Part shown: positions 27,870-38,617 of the stretch, piece after piece
Layout: the number at the start of each line of letters is the position of its first letter
Position numbering within the stretch: the stretch's first letter is position 1
From: Patescibacteria group bacterium
GTDB lineage: Bacteria > Patescibacteriota > Minisyncoccia > Phycocordibacterales > UBA1550
Length of the DNA: 64,000 nucleotides
Assembly (NCBI GenBank): GCA_038062675.1
Contig: JBBTWP010000003.1
Location: 37,934 to 101,933 of the forward strand
Direction: 5' to 3'
The notes under the pieces: model-generated
The model's input: only the letters and a program-made list of their open reading frames with translations
Database searches by the model: none
What the model was told of the DNA's origin: nothing
Program-made: the position numbers and the translations under genes

Positions 27870-29222
27870 TCACAGAGCCTCGCGCCAATCATACACCACC
27901 CAAGGGGTTAGCACCGCAGGAGGTCCCGCATAAATAAGCATATTTTGGAGATTATTGGTATAATTAATCTTGGCACGATCCTCCATGGTAACTTTATATC
28001 CAACCATATCCGTCATCTGAGCATCGTCTTTTAATTTAACTTCACCATAGGGCGCATACACAATAAGATTTCCAAGCGTGTCATCTTCCACCTCAATCGC
28101 GGTGTTACCACCCCCCGTCGAGGCGCTCGTGTTCCATGAAGCAAGTATGACCTGCGCAAAAGGATTTTGCCCCACATTAAACTCCGCGTCTTGCTCAATA
28201 GTAATTTTCCCTTTTGTCAGACGCAAAAGAGCGGTTCCGGGATCCGCGAGTATTGGCACGCTCTGTGCGCCAAGCGCCAGATCAACATTTACCGAGCCAC
28301 CCGCTTTAATTTCAACATCACCCGTCACCCACACTACTGCACCAAGTGTCAAAGTACTACCGCCATTTATTCGCAAATCGCAATCTATCTTTGTTGGCAC
28401 TGAAATTGTTTCTGATGAACTTACTTGGTATTTCCCTCCTGTGCAGGCTTTCGTGGCTCCGTTCGTGATGACAACGTCTTTCCAACCACCCGAGCCGACC
28501 ATTTGCGTATCTGTTATTGGAAACGCCCTATCTGCAACAGGAGTGAGCAGACTGCACACAGCAGTGACAAGAGGAGACCCCATCTGTGAACTTGGAGCAG
28601 ACCAACAATATGGAACCCCTGTTATAGTTGAATTTGAAATTGTTCCCGCACGCATACTATTAGTCCCCTGATTAATAATTCGAGTAATACTCCCATTCAA
28701 CCCCGTCGTTCCACGAGAAGTCACACTTCCGGTAATAATTGAATTATTTCCCAAAATAGAGCCCCGCGAAAAGACACTCCCATCAATATTCGTACTGCCG
28801 CTCATCGTAAGACCTCCTGCGCCAACATATCCACCGTAGTCAAAAGAAGCTATTGTTGATTGCGTAAGTATCGCAGACGCCTTTCGCACAACATTCCCTG
28901 CAGTTGTCGCCACAGAAGAAACGAGTTTCCCTTCAGGGACATCGGTGATGGTAGTCACCACAGTGTTACCATCAAGGGTGATGGTCTCAGTAGGTCCAAC
29001 CGGAGGTGCGGGTGATTGTTTCAGGCGATACATTGCGTCTTCGAGTCCTGCTTCCGCCAAGTAGTATGCATTTTTTGAAGTCTGGAAATCTCGATATGAC
29101 AAATAGTCACGCATAAATGAAGAGGATGTCCCTAAGACTAAAATCATTGATATGATAACAAAAAAAAGAACGGCAATGAGGACTGCAGCACCACGTTTTT
29201 TTAATATAATATTTTTTTTCAT
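27870..29222 (-). CDS. Type IV pilus-associated large protein, PilX-like N-terminus
   Basis: N-terminal TM 'AAVLIAVLFFVIISMILVLGTSSSF' then 'AYYLAEAGLEDAMYRL' typical of the PilX N-terminal domain. Long Gly/Thr/Ser-rich body. First gene of the minus-strand pilus operon's distal end. Confidence 0.5.
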   Translation of the reverse strand: MKKNIILKKRGAAVLIAVLFFVIISMILVLGTSSSFMRDYLSYRDFQTSKNAYYLAEAGLEDAMYRLKQSPAPPVGPTETITLDGNTVVTTITDVPEGKLVSSVATTAGNVVRKASAILTQSTIASFDYGGYVGAGGLTMSGSTNIDGSVFSRGSILGNNSIITGSVTSRGTTGLNGSITRIINQGTNSMRAGTISNSTITGVPYCWSAPSSQMGSPLVTAVCSLLTPVADRAFPITDTQMVGSGGWKDVVITNGATKACTGGKYQVSSSETISVPTKIDCDLRINGGSTLTLGAVVWVTGDVEIKAGGSVNVDLALGAQSVPILADPGTALLRLTKGKITIEQDAEFNVGQNPFAQVILASWNTSASTGGGNTAIEVEDDTLGNLIVYAPYGEVKLKDDAQMTDMVGYKVTMEDRAKINYTNNLQNMLIYAGPPAVLTPWVVYDWREAL

Positions 29223-29238
29223 AAAATAGATTTAATAA

Positions 29239-29757
29239 TTAATGCGATTGACCCCGCAGTGCAACAATGCCTTGAACTACCGATGTTCCGGTTTCTGGGG
29301 AATATAATCTAAGAGACACTTGGACTGTAAGGATGGTATTACTCAAAACAATAACAGAAAGAGCAACTACCTGCACACCATTCCCCACCAAAACCCCTTT
29401 ATCAACCCCACCCTCTTTCACAATAAGTTCTCCCGCACTGTTCACCGAGAATTCAATGGTGGTGTTTGTCCCTGTTGCTAGATCTTTCTTTAAAAGTACT
29501 AGTTTATGGGGAGGAATATGAAAGTTGCTGTTTGCGTAATCAATACCGTAGGCGTTTCTTGTTTCACGAAGAATACGCTCAATGGCAGTATTCGCAGAAT
29601 GATTGAGTGCGCGCTGGGCGCGGAGTGTATAAAAACCATTAGTAAGAACGAGAAGTGATTGAACTACGAGACCAGAAAAAATAACCATGAACGCAATGTA
29701 AATGAGCGTCTCAACCAATGTAAACCCCTTTTTATTCCCAATGTGTTTTATGAACAT
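29239..29757 (-). CDS. Prepilin-type minor pilin/pseudopilin
   Basis: Class III signal 'KKGFTLVETLIYIAFMVIF' (G|FTLxE cleavage/methylation motif). Confidence 0.65.
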   Translation of the reverse strand: MFIKHIGNKKGFTLVETLIYIAFMVIFSGLVVQSLLVLTNGFYTLRAQRALNHSANTAIERILRETRNAYGIDYANSNFHIPPHKLVLLKKDLATGTNTTIEFSVNSAGELIVKEGGVDKGVLVGNGVQVVALSVIVLSNTILTVQVSLRLYSPETGTSVVQGIVALRGQSH

Positions 29758-29772
29758 GTTTGTACAAAAAAA

Positions 29773-30297
29773 TTACTGGACATTCCAAAAGTTAGTCATA
29801 TAGGTCACCACTGACTTTGTGGTAGTGCCATTTTTGCCAGCCCATGACACTGAAATCGTTACTTTTCGGGTATTTGGGTCATCCGCACCACCCGCAGTCA
29901 CAATGTCTTTTGTTGCCGCATCACGATTCACATAAGCAGTAACGACCTTCCGTTCAAATCTATATCCATCTAAGGTGTACGGCGCGACAATAGACCATCT
30001 GGAACCACTGAAAGAGAGGTAATACGAAACTCCCGGAGTTAACCCAGCAAGACAAAGACCGTTGCAAAGGGAAGTCCACCCCTCTGCGCGCAAAAGCCCA
30101 ACAATTTCAACGCTCGAAGTGAGGGCCAAGTCCGCTTCAACTATTTTTCGATTGAAATTTGAAAGTTCAAGCGTTTTTTGAAAGAAGAAGAAGACGCTCA
30201 GCATGACAAGAGAGATAATCCCCGCGCCGGTAATAATTTCGATTAAACCAAACCCTCGGTTCTGTGGTGCTTGCGAAGATTTAAAGAGTGGCGACAT
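29773..30297 (-). CDS. Prepilin-type minor pilin/pseudopilin
   Basis: 'NRGFGLIEIITGAGIISLVML' prepilin leader motif. Confidence 0.6.
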   Translation of the reverse strand: MSPLFKSSQAPQNRGFGLIEIITGAGIISLVMLSVFFFFQKTLELSNFNRKIVEADLALTSSVEIVGLLRAEGWTSLCNGLCLAGLTPGVSYYLSFSGSRWSIVAPYTLDGYRFERKVVTAYVNRDAATKDIVTAGGADDPNTRKVTISVSWAGKNGTTTKSVVTYMTNFWNVQ

Positions 30298-30339
30298 AGG
30301 AAAATTATACCATATTATAAACTTTTGTTTGCAAAAAAA

Positions 30340-30831
30340 TTAATCCAAATATACAACTCCCGATGGTCGTACTACAATTGTCGAACTTGCCTGAGGTCGC
30401 CCGACGACACTCAGAGTTGTCGTTGCATTGTTTGATGTCGCGCCGGTGAAAAAATCAAACAAAATATCACTTCCGCCACCATTAACCACAATAGAAGAGA
30501 GTGTTAAATGAGAGTCAAGCAAACGCACTTCATTAGTAACAGCTGTCGAACTATAAGATGCTCCCTGAAAAAGGACAATTCTGTCATCCTGCAAATGTAC
30601 ACCATACTGAAGTCCTCCCTTGGAAGCCATGGTTCCGAGGCGTGCCTTATTCAAAGTAGTCACAATATCTTCCGCACCAACACCCAACAATGTCTGTTGT
30701 CGAAATGTCAAAAAAGGAAGTGTGATCACTGACGCAATAATACCAATAATGCCAGCAACAATAACCAACTCGAGCAATGTAAACCCTCGAGAGAGTCTCT
30801 TGCGCTGACACAAATGAGAAAGTGATTGCAT
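30340..30831 (-). CDS. Prepilin-type minor pilin (GspH/FimT-like)
   Basis: 'SRGFTLLELVIVAGIIGIIASV' prepilin leader motif. Confidence 0.65.
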   Translation of the reverse strand: MQSLSHLCQRKRLSRGFTLLELVIVAGIIGIIASVITLPFLTFRQQTLLGVGAEDIVTTLNKARLGTMASKGGLQYGVHLQDDRIVLFQGASYSSTAVTNEVRLLDSHLTLSSIVVNGGGSDILFDFFTGATSNNATTTLSVVGRPQASSTIVVRPSGVVYLD

Positions 30832-30835
30832 ACTA

Positions 30836-32056
30836 TTAAATACCGCTCAAGAGCGAGTACATCGGCGTAATCATCGAGACTGCAAAAAATCCAACGCCAC
30901 CACCGACCACCACCATGAGGAGCGGTTCAATGATTGTGGTCATGTTTTTTGTCGCCGAATCAACTTCATCCTCATAAAAAAGTGCCACATTCATAAGCAT
31001 GTCCGACAATTTCCCCGTTTCTTCGCCCACTTCCACCATTTCTCCCACGAAAAGCGGGTAGATATGTTCGTACTCGGCAAACACCGACGACAGGGTAATA
31101 CCCTTCTGCACACGCTCCCCTGCAACCTTGAGCGCGTCCTTGTAAAAAGAATTCTGAAGCACGTCACGCGTAATCGTAATCGCTTCAAGCATATCGACAC
31201 CCGAAGACAGGAGTGACGAAAGCGTACGTGTGGTGCGTGCCGAATTCGATTGGCGCACCAACGACCCAACTATAGGAAGGTGGAAAAGGGCTTTTTCAAA
31301 AAGACGATGCCCTGTTTTGGTCCCCAGCCACATTTTTACCGCAATAACAGATGCTATCAACAGCACGACACCAAGCAACGCATGATTGTTTAGAAAATCA
31401 CTAATCCAAATGATGACCTTGGTGCTCGTAGGCAACGCAACATTAAGCTCTTTGAAAGTCGCCGTGAGTGTTGGCACCACATACACAAACATCAAAAGAC
31501 CGATGAGTATCATGACGGAAATCACCACCACGGGATAGATAAGCGCGCCTTTTATTTTCTTTTTAAGTAAGTAACTTTTTTCAAGCTGATCTCCCACCAC
31601 TTTGAGCACCTCGGAAAGATTCCCCGACTCTTCTCCTGCACGCACCATTGATACAACAAGGGGTTCAAACACCGTGGGATGCTTCCCCATGCCACTCGAA
31701 AGCGTGTTACCACGATTGATCTCTTGCGCCAAACCCAAAATGGTCTCTTTGAATTTTTTGTTTTTTGTTTGTCGTTCCAAAATAGAGAGCACGCGCGACA
31801 GCGAAAGTCCAGCACTCATCATGATGCTCAGGTTGTGATAGAACACGATAAGCTCGTGCATTTTTACACGTCCAAGAAAGTTGTCGATAAAATCAAGTCC
31901 GGGGATGGTGATGGATTTTGATTCTTCTATAGAGATGATAAATTTCCCCGACCCCTTGAGCTCGGCGGCAAGCGAAAAACGATCGACAGCGGCGGCGATA
32001 CCCGATGTCTCTTCGCCCGTTGCCCCTGCACGAACTTTATATTTAAATTTAGGCAT
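30836..32056 (-). CDS. pilC: Type IV pilus / T2SS inner-membrane platform protein (PilC/GspF family)
   Basis: 406 aa with two GspF-type repeats and three TM segments. Positioned between pilB and the pilins. Confidence 0.75.
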   Translation of the reverse strand: MPKFKYKVRAGATGEETSGIAAAVDRFSLAAELKGSGKFIISIEESKSITIPGLDFIDNFLGRVKMHELIVFYHNLSIMMSAGLSLSRVLSILERQTKNKKFKETILGLAQEINRGNTLSSGMGKHPTVFEPLVVSMVRAGEESGNLSEVLKVVGDQLEKSYLLKKKIKGALIYPVVVISVMILIGLLMFVYVVPTLTATFKELNVALPTSTKVIIWISDFLNNHALLGVVLLIASVIAVKMWLGTKTGHRLFEKALFHLPIVGSLVRQSNSARTTRTLSSLLSSGVDMLEAITITRDVLQNSFYKDALKVAGERVQKGITLSSVFAEYEHIYPLFVGEMVEVGEETGKLSDMLMNVALFYEDEVDSATKNMTTIIEPLLMVVVGGGVGFFAVSMITPMYSLLSGI

Positions 32057-32099
32057 TACTCATTCTATTATCGCGCATTATTTACCAGTCTGCAAGAAA

Positions 32100-33851
32100 T
32101 TATTCAGAAACCACGCGCAACACTTCTTCAATGGTTGTGATTCCTTGTGTCGCCTTCATGATTCCATCTTCAAGCATCGTTGTCATCCCTTCTTTTTTTG
32201 CCTGCTCTTCAATGGCGGAGGCAGTAGCCCCACCAAGAATGAGTGCACGAATCGTTGGTGTCATCTTCAACACTTCATGAATTCCCACACGACCTTTGTA
32301 ACCATCTTCAGACTCGGCCGATTTCTTTGGTCGGAAAAATGGCACTTCGCTCCACGTTGTTCCGGGGCCAACAACTGCCTCGTCTTTCAAAACCTTCATC
32401 ACGCGATCAAGGTCAATTGTCTTCTTGAGCGTCTCAATTTCCGTCTTTGTGAGGAAATATTTTTCTTTCGCCGCCGACAAACGACGCACCAAGCGCTGAC
32501 CAATCATGACATTGACTGTTGATACAATAAGAAACGGTTCAATTCCCATATCGATCAAGCGAGGCATGGTCGCCGCAGCGGAGTTGGTGTGGAGGGTTGA
32601 AAGAACAAGGTGTCCCGTGAGCGCCGCATTCACCGCAAGAGATGCTGTTTCAGTATCACGAATTTCTCCCACCATAATAATATCCGGATCCTGACGCACC
32701 AACGAGCGCATACCGCTCGCAAACGTGAGTCCAATTTCCGGCTTTACTTGCGTTTGATTGACGCGCACCATTTGATATTCAACAGGGTCCTCGATGGTAG
32801 AAATATTTACATCTGGCTGATTTAAAATTTCAAGAATCGTGTAAAGGGTTGTTGATTTACCCGACCCGGTTGGTCCTGTGGTTAAAATCATTCCCACGCG
32901 TTGTTTTGTCGCCGCATAAATGCGCTCGAGCCCAACACCATGAAAGCCAAGTGCTTCGAGCGTAAATCCCTCCACCGCTTCACGAAGTAAGCGCATAACA
33001 GTCTTTTCCCCGTAATACACAGGAAGTGTCGAAACGCGAAATGCAACGTTTTCTCCGCCTTGCTGGACCTTAAAGCGACCGTCCTGTGGCAATCGTTTTT
33101 CATCGAGCTTTAAATTGGCGAGCACTTTAATACGAGCCACAATTCCCGCCGCCGCCGTTTTTGGTAAAATCATCGCATCATGCAAAAGTCCGTCGATACG
33201 ATAACGAATCACCACCTGGGTATCCATCGGTTCAATATGAATATCGGATGCACCTTGCAAAATAGCATGATTGAGGAGCGTATCGACAATTTTTACCACG
33301 GGCAAATCCTCGGCTAACTTCTTGAGCTCTTCTGCACTTTGAGCCTCTCCCCCTCCCTCTCCGACCATCTTGAGTGCCGATGCTTCTTTTTCAATAATAT
33401 CTCCAAACTCCGCCTTGAGACTTTTTTGATATTGGACGAGCGCCGACTTCATTGAATCTTTGTCGGTCAGGCGGGGTAAAATCCTTAATCCAACTTTTTT
33501 CTTTATAAACTCAATGGCTTCAAGATTGTTGGTGTCGAGCATGGCAACCTCAAGTACGGTTGGTGTTTTCTTGAATGCGATAACATTGTACTTGCGCGCG
33601 ATAGGCTCAGGAATCAATGAGAGTACTTCGAAATCAATCTTTTGTCCCTTAAGCCCGATAAAGGGTATGCCCATAATATACGCTTCGGTTCGACGGAGAT
33701 CGTCTTCGGTGAGTTTTCCTTCAGCAACCAACAAATCGCCGAGATAAGATTTCTTTTCTCCTGCACGTTTATTCGCGTCATCAACATCAGCGCGAGCAAT
33801 AAGCTCTGAGTCAACGAGAAATTCTTTCAGCTGTTCATTGTTAATGGTCAT
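32100..33851 (-). CDS. pilB: Type IV pilus assembly ATPase (PilB/GspE family)
   Basis: Walker A 'TGPTGSGKSTTL', Asp box and His box region 'MVGEIRD...STLHTNSAA'. N-terminal GSPII_E_N-like domain. Confidence 0.85.
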   Translation of the reverse strand: MTINNEQLKEFLVDSELIARADVDDANKRAGEKKSYLGDLLVAEGKLTEDDLRRTEAYIMGIPFIGLKGQKIDFEVLSLIPEPIARKYNVIAFKKTPTVLEVAMLDTNNLEAIEFIKKKVGLRILPRLTDKDSMKSALVQYQKSLKAEFGDIIEKEASALKMVGEGGGEAQSAEELKKLAEDLPVVKIVDTLLNHAILQGASDIHIEPMDTQVVIRYRIDGLLHDAMILPKTAAAGIVARIKVLANLKLDEKRLPQDGRFKVQQGGENVAFRVSTLPVYYGEKTVMRLLREAVEGFTLEALGFHGVGLERIYAATKQRVGMILTTGPTGSGKSTTLYTILEILNQPDVNISTIEDPVEYQMVRVNQTQVKPEIGLTFASGMRSLVRQDPDIIMVGEIRDTETASLAVNAALTGHLVLSTLHTNSAAATMPRLIDMGIEPFLIVSTVNVMIGQRLVRRLSAAKEKYFLTKTEIETLKKTIDLDRVMKVLKDEAVVGPGTTWSEVPFFRPKKSAESEDGYKGRVGIHEVLKMTPTIRALILGGATASAIEEQAKKEGMTTMLEDGIMKATQGITTIEEVLRVVSE

Positions 33852-34100
33852 AGGATTTCAAATGTTCTCTATCAGTATACCAAACAGATGACCAGAAAAG
33901 AATGTGTATAACATTTTCTCTGCATTAAAATGATTTACAAACCTTGAATTATAAAACTCGTCGAGGCGCACCATTTTAAGGGGGTTTCGAGCGTGACGAC
34001 GCGAGAACTTCAGGATTTTTTAAGCTTCAAAAAATCCGTACCCTTAAAATGATGTGTCGAGTAAGGAGTTTTGTAATTCAAAGTACAATAACTATCTGCA

Positions 34101-34134
34101 AAAAATACCCTGTGCAAAGGCAGGGTATTTTTTG
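34101..34134. terminator. Bidirectional rho-independent terminator after the major pilin gene
   Basis: 'aaaaaataccctg tgcaaagg cagggtattttttg' has an A-run and a T-run flanking a 9-bp stem. Confidence 0.6.
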
Positions 34135-34328
34135 TTTACTATTTATGTTTGCTTAATCAAGCAGAGGGTTCCGTTCGTCAAAAGAAATTTTTTGTTGCTC
34201 TATTCTACGTTCTTCTTTCATTTCATTCAATTCTCCCATAAGAGTCTCTCCTCTTGGTTGAACAAAAAAACAACTTCTGTGTATTAGTGTACTGCTCATG
34301 GTAGAGAAGTCAAGAAATAGCAAAGATG

Positions 34329-34883
34329 TTATGTAGAAATCTTTATCACCCCCTCCCCTCCTGCTGTTGGCCAAGAGCCATCTCCCCGCATGTTTCCCGT
34401 CGTCAAATCTCCATCATCAAGAATTTTGTCGATCGCCAACAAAACGTCCCGTGGTATTCGTCCACCATTATCACTATCTCCAAGACCTGGTCGATCATCG
34501 TTAAGCACAATTATTGAATCATTTATCCCATCCCCGTCAATATCATACCCGTCGTCTATGCCAAAATGTCCACCCCACGAATGGGCATTATTATAAAGAG
34601 ATCCATAGGGACCTTCCCACCCAGCAACGCCGAGATCAGCAACAAAAGGGTCAGTTAGAATAGTACATACATCCCTGCATGTTGCCGGATAAGTTCCTGT
34701 GTCTGCGTAGTACTTAGCAATAATCTTACTAATTTCCTTTACCTCCAAAACAACTTTTGCAATCTGCGCCCTTTCTCGAGCTTTTGTGACACTCGCCAAA
34801 ACAATCCCCGCCAAAATACCAACAATCGCAATAATAAGAAGGAGCTCAATAAGCGAAAATCCGCGCTGGTAATGTAACTTCAT
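34329..34883 (-). CDS. Type IV major pilin-like protein
   Basis: 'MKLHYQRGFSLIELLLIIAIVGILAGIVL' is a class III prepilin leader plus N-terminal helix. Start placed at this ATG (34883) rather than the longer ORF-track start. Confidence 0.65.
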   Translation of the reverse strand: MKLHYQRGFSLIELLLIIAIVGILAGIVLASVTKARERAQIAKVVLEVKEISKIIAKYYADTGTYPATCRDVCTILTDPFVADLGVAGWEGPYGSLYNNAHSWGGHFGIDDGYDIDGDGINDSIIVLNDDRPGLGDSDNGGRIPRDVLLAIDKILDDGDLTTGNMRGDGSWPTAGGEGVIKIST

Positions 34884-35000
34884 ATTTACATAATCATACC
34901 TTATGCTCGTCGAATCACAAAATAGAAAAACATATACTCTTGCTAACGAAAGAAGCTGCCTGAGAGACAAATCGCTCTAATACGCCATACCACATTCAAT

Positions 35001-35030
35001 TTGACACACCTACCCCAACTTTGGTATACT
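35001..35030 (+). promoter_or_regulatory. Sigma70-like promoter upstream of nusA
   Basis: 'TTGACA' (35001-06), 18-bp spacer, 'TATACT' (35025-30). Confidence 0.45.
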
Positions 35031-35177
35031 TAAAAAGTTAATGTCCGTCTCGAAAACGGGCAATTTTTATTAGCGACGTAGGGCTCGGAACAAGAAAAGA
35101 GCACTTTTCATGTTCCGAGCCGAGGAGCTAATATAAGAATTAGTATCGCTTTTATTAAAAAATCGAAAAAAAACAAC

Positions 35178-36380
35178 ATGTTGGACCTAAAAACCATGGG
35201 CTCGGCGCTTGACCAGCTCGAAGCAGAACGCGGAATTCCCCGCGCAAAAATCATCGAGGCAATAGAGCAGGCGCTCGCTGCCGCCTACAAAAAAGACTAC
35301 GGCAAAAAAGGACAAATTGTTCGTGCGGTTTTTGATATTAACTCCGGAAAAACTGAATTCGTACAGGTCAAAATCGTTGTTGACGAAAAGGCAGTACGCA
35401 TGCCCGAAGACAGCGACGAAGACGCAGAAGCGAAAGAGGAGGAGCTTAACGAAGATGTTCCCGAGGGAGAAGAGGTGACTCTTCGCCGTTTCAATCCTGA
35501 GCACGACCTCATCCTCACCGATGCACGCCGTATTAAAAAAGACGCAGTGTCCGGAGACGAAATCGTCTTTCCTCTTGAAGCGCACGACAACTATGGCCGT
35601 ATTGCTGCACAAACCGCAAAGCAAGTGATCATCCAGCGTATCCGTGAAGCCGAGAAAGTTTCTATTATTGGAGAGTATGGCAAACGCCAAGGTGAAATCG
35701 TTCAAGGAACCGTTCAACGTATGGAGCGCGGCAATATCTTTGTCGACCTCGACAAAACGACAGGGCTCCTCGGTTACGAAGACCAGATCCCGGGCGAACG
35801 CTACAAGCAGGGTGAACGTATTCGCGCATATCTCTACAAAGTAGAAGAAACTCCACGTGGAATCGACGTGCGCCTTTCACGTTCACATCCAAAAATGATC
35901 GAGAAACTTTTCGCACAAGAAGCACCCGAGGTTGCCGCAGGAACCGTCATTATTAAAATGGTTGCGCGCGAAGCAGGATCCCGCTCAAAAGTTGCCGTTG
36001 CTTCATCCGACTCGCACATCGACCCAATCGGCTCATGCGTAGGACAGCGCGGTGTGCGTGTTTCAACGGTCATGAGTGAACTCGGTGGAGAAAAAATTGA
36101 CCTTATTCTCTGGTCTGAAAATACCAAAAAATTCATTGAGGACTCACTCTCTCCTGCAAATGTTATGAGTGTTGAACTCGACGAAGCAAAACACCAAGCA
36201 ACAGTAACCGTTGCCGCCGACCAGCAGTCTCTCGCCATCGGACGCGGCGGACAAAATGTGCGCCTCGCTGCAAAACTCACCGGATGGAAGCTCGACATTG
36301 TAAGCGCAGCGGGCGAAACACTCGCAGAAGCAACCACCGACGGCACCGTCGCAACACCGACAGAGCCAGCAAAAGAGTAA
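35178..36380 (+). CDS. nusA: Transcription termination/antitermination factor NusA
   Basis: NusA N-terminal domain 'LEAERGIPRAKIIEAIEQALAAAYKK', S1-like domain and two KH domains ('GSRSKVAV...DPIGSCVGQRG', 'LAIGRGGQNVRLAAKLTGW'). Acidic insertion near residues 70-100. Confidence 0.85.
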   Translation: MLDLKTMGSALDQLEAERGIPRAKIIEAIEQALAAAYKKDYGKKGQIVRAVFDINSGKTEFVQVKIVVDEKAVRMPEDSDEDAEAKEEELNEDVPEGEEVTLRRFNPEHDLILTDARRIKKDAVSGDEIVFPLEAHDNYGRIAAQTAKQVIIQRIREAEKVSIIGEYGKRQGEIVQGTVQRMERGNIFVDLDKTTGLLGYEDQIPGERYKQGERIRAYLYKVEETPRGIDVRLSRSHPKMIEKLFAQEAPEVAAGTVIIKMVAREAGSRSKVAVASSDSHIDPIGSCVGQRGVRVSTVMSELGGEKIDLILWSENTKKFIEDSLSPANVMSVELDEAKHQATVTVAADQQSLAIGRGGQNVRLAAKLTGWKLDIVSAAGETLAEATTDGTVATPTEPAKE

Positions 36381-36522
36381 CGTTTGATTTAACTCAGGCT
36401 ACGAAACAATTTTGAGGCTGGTCATTTTTGTGGGGCTGGGTAAGGTTTGGCAAGCAAAAATGACCACCGAAAAAAATGTTTCGCAATTCAACATTATCCA
36501 ATCATCTAACTTAAAAAACACC

Positions 36523-37053
36523 ATGAACCTTTGGCATGATATTCCTTTAAGCAAAAAAAGTCCTGCAGAAATCAACGTGATTGTTGAGATTAACAAGGGC
36601 TCAAAAAACAAATACGAAATTGACAAAGAAACCGGTCTCATTGCCCTTGACCGCGCAATGCACACTTCCCAAGACTACCCATTTGACTATGGCTTTGTGC
36701 CACAAACACTCTGGGACGACAACGATGCGCTTGATGTTGTACTCCTCACCACGTACCCGCTTTTCCCTGGTATTCTCGTCTCAGCGCGCCCTGTTGCCAT
36801 CATGCACATGACCGACTGTGGCGAAGACGACGACAAAATAATCGCCGTACCGGTCGGCGACCCGCGCTGGGAAGATGTCAAAGATTTAAAAGACATCAAT
36901 AAGCACACCCTCAAAGAAATCGAGCACTTTTTCATGACCTACAAGAAGATTCAGAAGAAAGAAGTGCATGTTTCGGGCTTTGAGGGAATGGTTGCCGCAC
37001 AAGAAGCAGTCACGCGCAGCATAAAACTCTACAACGAAAAATTCGAGAAGTAG
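36523..37053 (+). CDS. ppa: Inorganic pyrophosphatase (family I)
   Basis: 'DYPFDYGFVPQTLWDDNDALDVVLL' and 'DDKIIAV' are PPase active-site motifs. Start at 'MNLWHDIPL'. Confidence 0.85.
   Translation: MNLWHDIPLSKKSPAEINVIVEINKGSKNKYEIDKETGLIALDRAMHTSQDYPFDYGFVPQTLWDDNDALDVVLLTTYPLFPGILVSARPVAIMHMTDCGEDDDKIIAVPVGDPRWEDVKDLKDINKHTLKEIEHFFMTYKKIQKKEVHVSGFEGMVAAQEAVTRSIKLYNEKFEK
37003..37053 (+). repeat. Direct repeat copy 1 (ppa 3' end, ~51 bp)
   Basis: 'gaagcagtcacgcgcagcataaaactctacaacgaaaaattcgagaagtag' is ~46/51 identical to 48236..48287. Confidence 0.8.
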
Positions 37054-37207
37054 GGAAAAACACCCAGTGATTCACTAGCCCTACTAATTTAACCAGTACC
37101 ACACTGGAATAATTCAATCCCGTGACAAGATGGGTGCAGGTGAATCAAAATCCATGCGACAAAACCCACAGAAAATCGAGTTATAAGAAAAAACCTAATA
37201 TTGGATT

Positions 37208-37660
37208 ATGAAAATTAAACTGCTTTCACGGGTGGTAACCTACGACAAAAATCTTGGAAAAATCCTCCTTGTGAAAAACAAGGGGATGAATTTTTGGTAT
37301 GCTCCAGGCGGTGGTTGGGAGTATGAGAGTGAAAATATTTTAGAGTGCGCAAAACGAGAAGTTCATGAGGAAACAGGCTTACATGTGGATATCAAGAAAA
37401 TGCTTTATGTTCAAGAGTTCCATGAATCATCCGAGTCAATTTTCTTCGAAACATTTTGGCTTGCTGAACCTAGCCATGATCAATCGCTGAACCAAAACCA
37501 TGTCGACCTTGACCCAAATGGAAACGTTGAGGCTGCGCAATGGTTTAATAAAGAAGAACTGCAAGAACTTAAAGTGTTCCCCAAGCGACTAAAAAATACT
37601 TTCTGGGATAACATTGCCTCAGTGCTTGATAGCGAAGATTCATTTATCGGGGTGAATTAG
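37208..37660 (+). CDS. NUDIX hydrolase
   Basis: Nudix box 'GGGWEYESENILECAKREVHEETGL' (Gx5Ex7REUxEExGU). Confidence 0.75.
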   Translation: MKIKLLSRVVTYDKNLGKILLVKNKGMNFWYAPGGGWEYESENILECAKREVHEETGLHVDIKKMLYVQEFHESSESIFFETFWLAEPSHDQSLNQNHVDLDPNGNVEAAQWFNKEELQELKVFPKRLKNTFWDNIASVLDSEDSFIGVN

Positions 37661-37680
37661 CGTTGGTCATATTTTTAATG

Positions 37681-37718
37681 AAAAAGCCTTCTTTGCGTTT
37701 TCGCAAGAAGGCTTTTTG
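37681..37718. terminator. Bidirectional terminator between the NUDIX gene and the converging DUF45 gene
   Basis: 'aaaaagccttctttgcg tttt cgcaagaaggcttttt'. Confidence 0.55.
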
Positions 37719-37894
37719 CAACTAAAGTCCGAGCACCTGTAGTATTCTTCTGTGAATCTCAAGGGGTGACTTGGCGCCGTCAATTACGACCCAATTCCTA
37801 GAAGTGGCAATGGCTACATTCAACTCTGAAATGCAATTTCTCTTTTTGGCAATCAAAGAGATGGCGAGACTGTTGCAGGTTGAAGACTTTATAT

Positions 37895-38617
37895 TTACAC
37901 AGCATACATCTCTAGTTTGTCCTTCACTTTTTCCCATTTTGGGTATTTTTCATCCAAAAATTGTAAGAACTTTTTATCATGGTTTTTATATTTTACATGA
38001 CACAATTCATGAGTAATAACGTAATCAATACAATCTTTAGGCACGTGTATTAATTTGGGGTTAAGGATAATCTTATCCTTATTCACAAAGCTCCCCCACC
38101 GACGTTTCATGTCTAGAAGTTCGAGTTTCGGCATATTTTTGTACTCAAAATTCTCCATTACTTCTTCAAATCGCTCTTGGAATACTCGAGTCGCTTTCTC
38201 TTTGTACCACTCAGAAATAAGTTTCTTAGTATGGTTGCTGTCCGACACAGCTCTTGTTGTGCGCACCAACAACACTCCCCTCAAAAGCGAGACCTCCTCC
38301 TCAAGCGCACGCTTCACAACAAGCTGGTGTTGTCGACCTAGGTAATAAAAACTTTCCCCGGAAACATACTCTTTTTTATGCTCTTTCCGCTGATATTTTC
38401 CAAAAAAAGCTAGTTGTTTTTGCATCCAGAACCACTTTTTTTTTAAAAAAATTTCTATACGATCCTCGCTTGCGCGATAAGGACATTTTACGCATATCCG
38501 CAAGTCTGGCATAATCGTAAGGCTCAATGTTTTTCTATTTTGTTTTACGAGATCATAACAATAGACAAAAGAGCCGTATATAAATTCTTTTCTTTCTGAA
38601 CTAGGAAAAGATTTCAT
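37895..38617 (-). CDS. DUF45/YgjP-like M48-family zinc metallopeptidase (R-M-associated)
   Basis: 'YVITHELCHVKYKNH' HExxH motif in a ~240-aa protein. This family is classically located directly downstream of hsdR. Confidence 0.65.
   Translation of the reverse strand: MKSFPSSERKEFIYGSFVYCYDLVKQNRKTLSLTIMPDLRICVKCPYRASEDRIEIFLKKKWFWMQKQLAFFGKYQRKEHKKEYVSGESFYYLGRQHQLVVKRALEEEVSLLRGVLLVRTTRAVSDSNHTKKLISEWYKEKATRVFQERFEEVMENFEYKNMPKLELLDMKRRWGSFVNKDKIILNPKLIHVPKDCIDYVITHELCHVKYKNHDKKFLQFLDEKYPKWEKVKDKLEMYAV

Noticed and set aside
35834-36346. 170-aa minus-strand ORF inside nusA
   Set aside because: It is antisense to nusA with KH/S1 motifs, and low-complexity.
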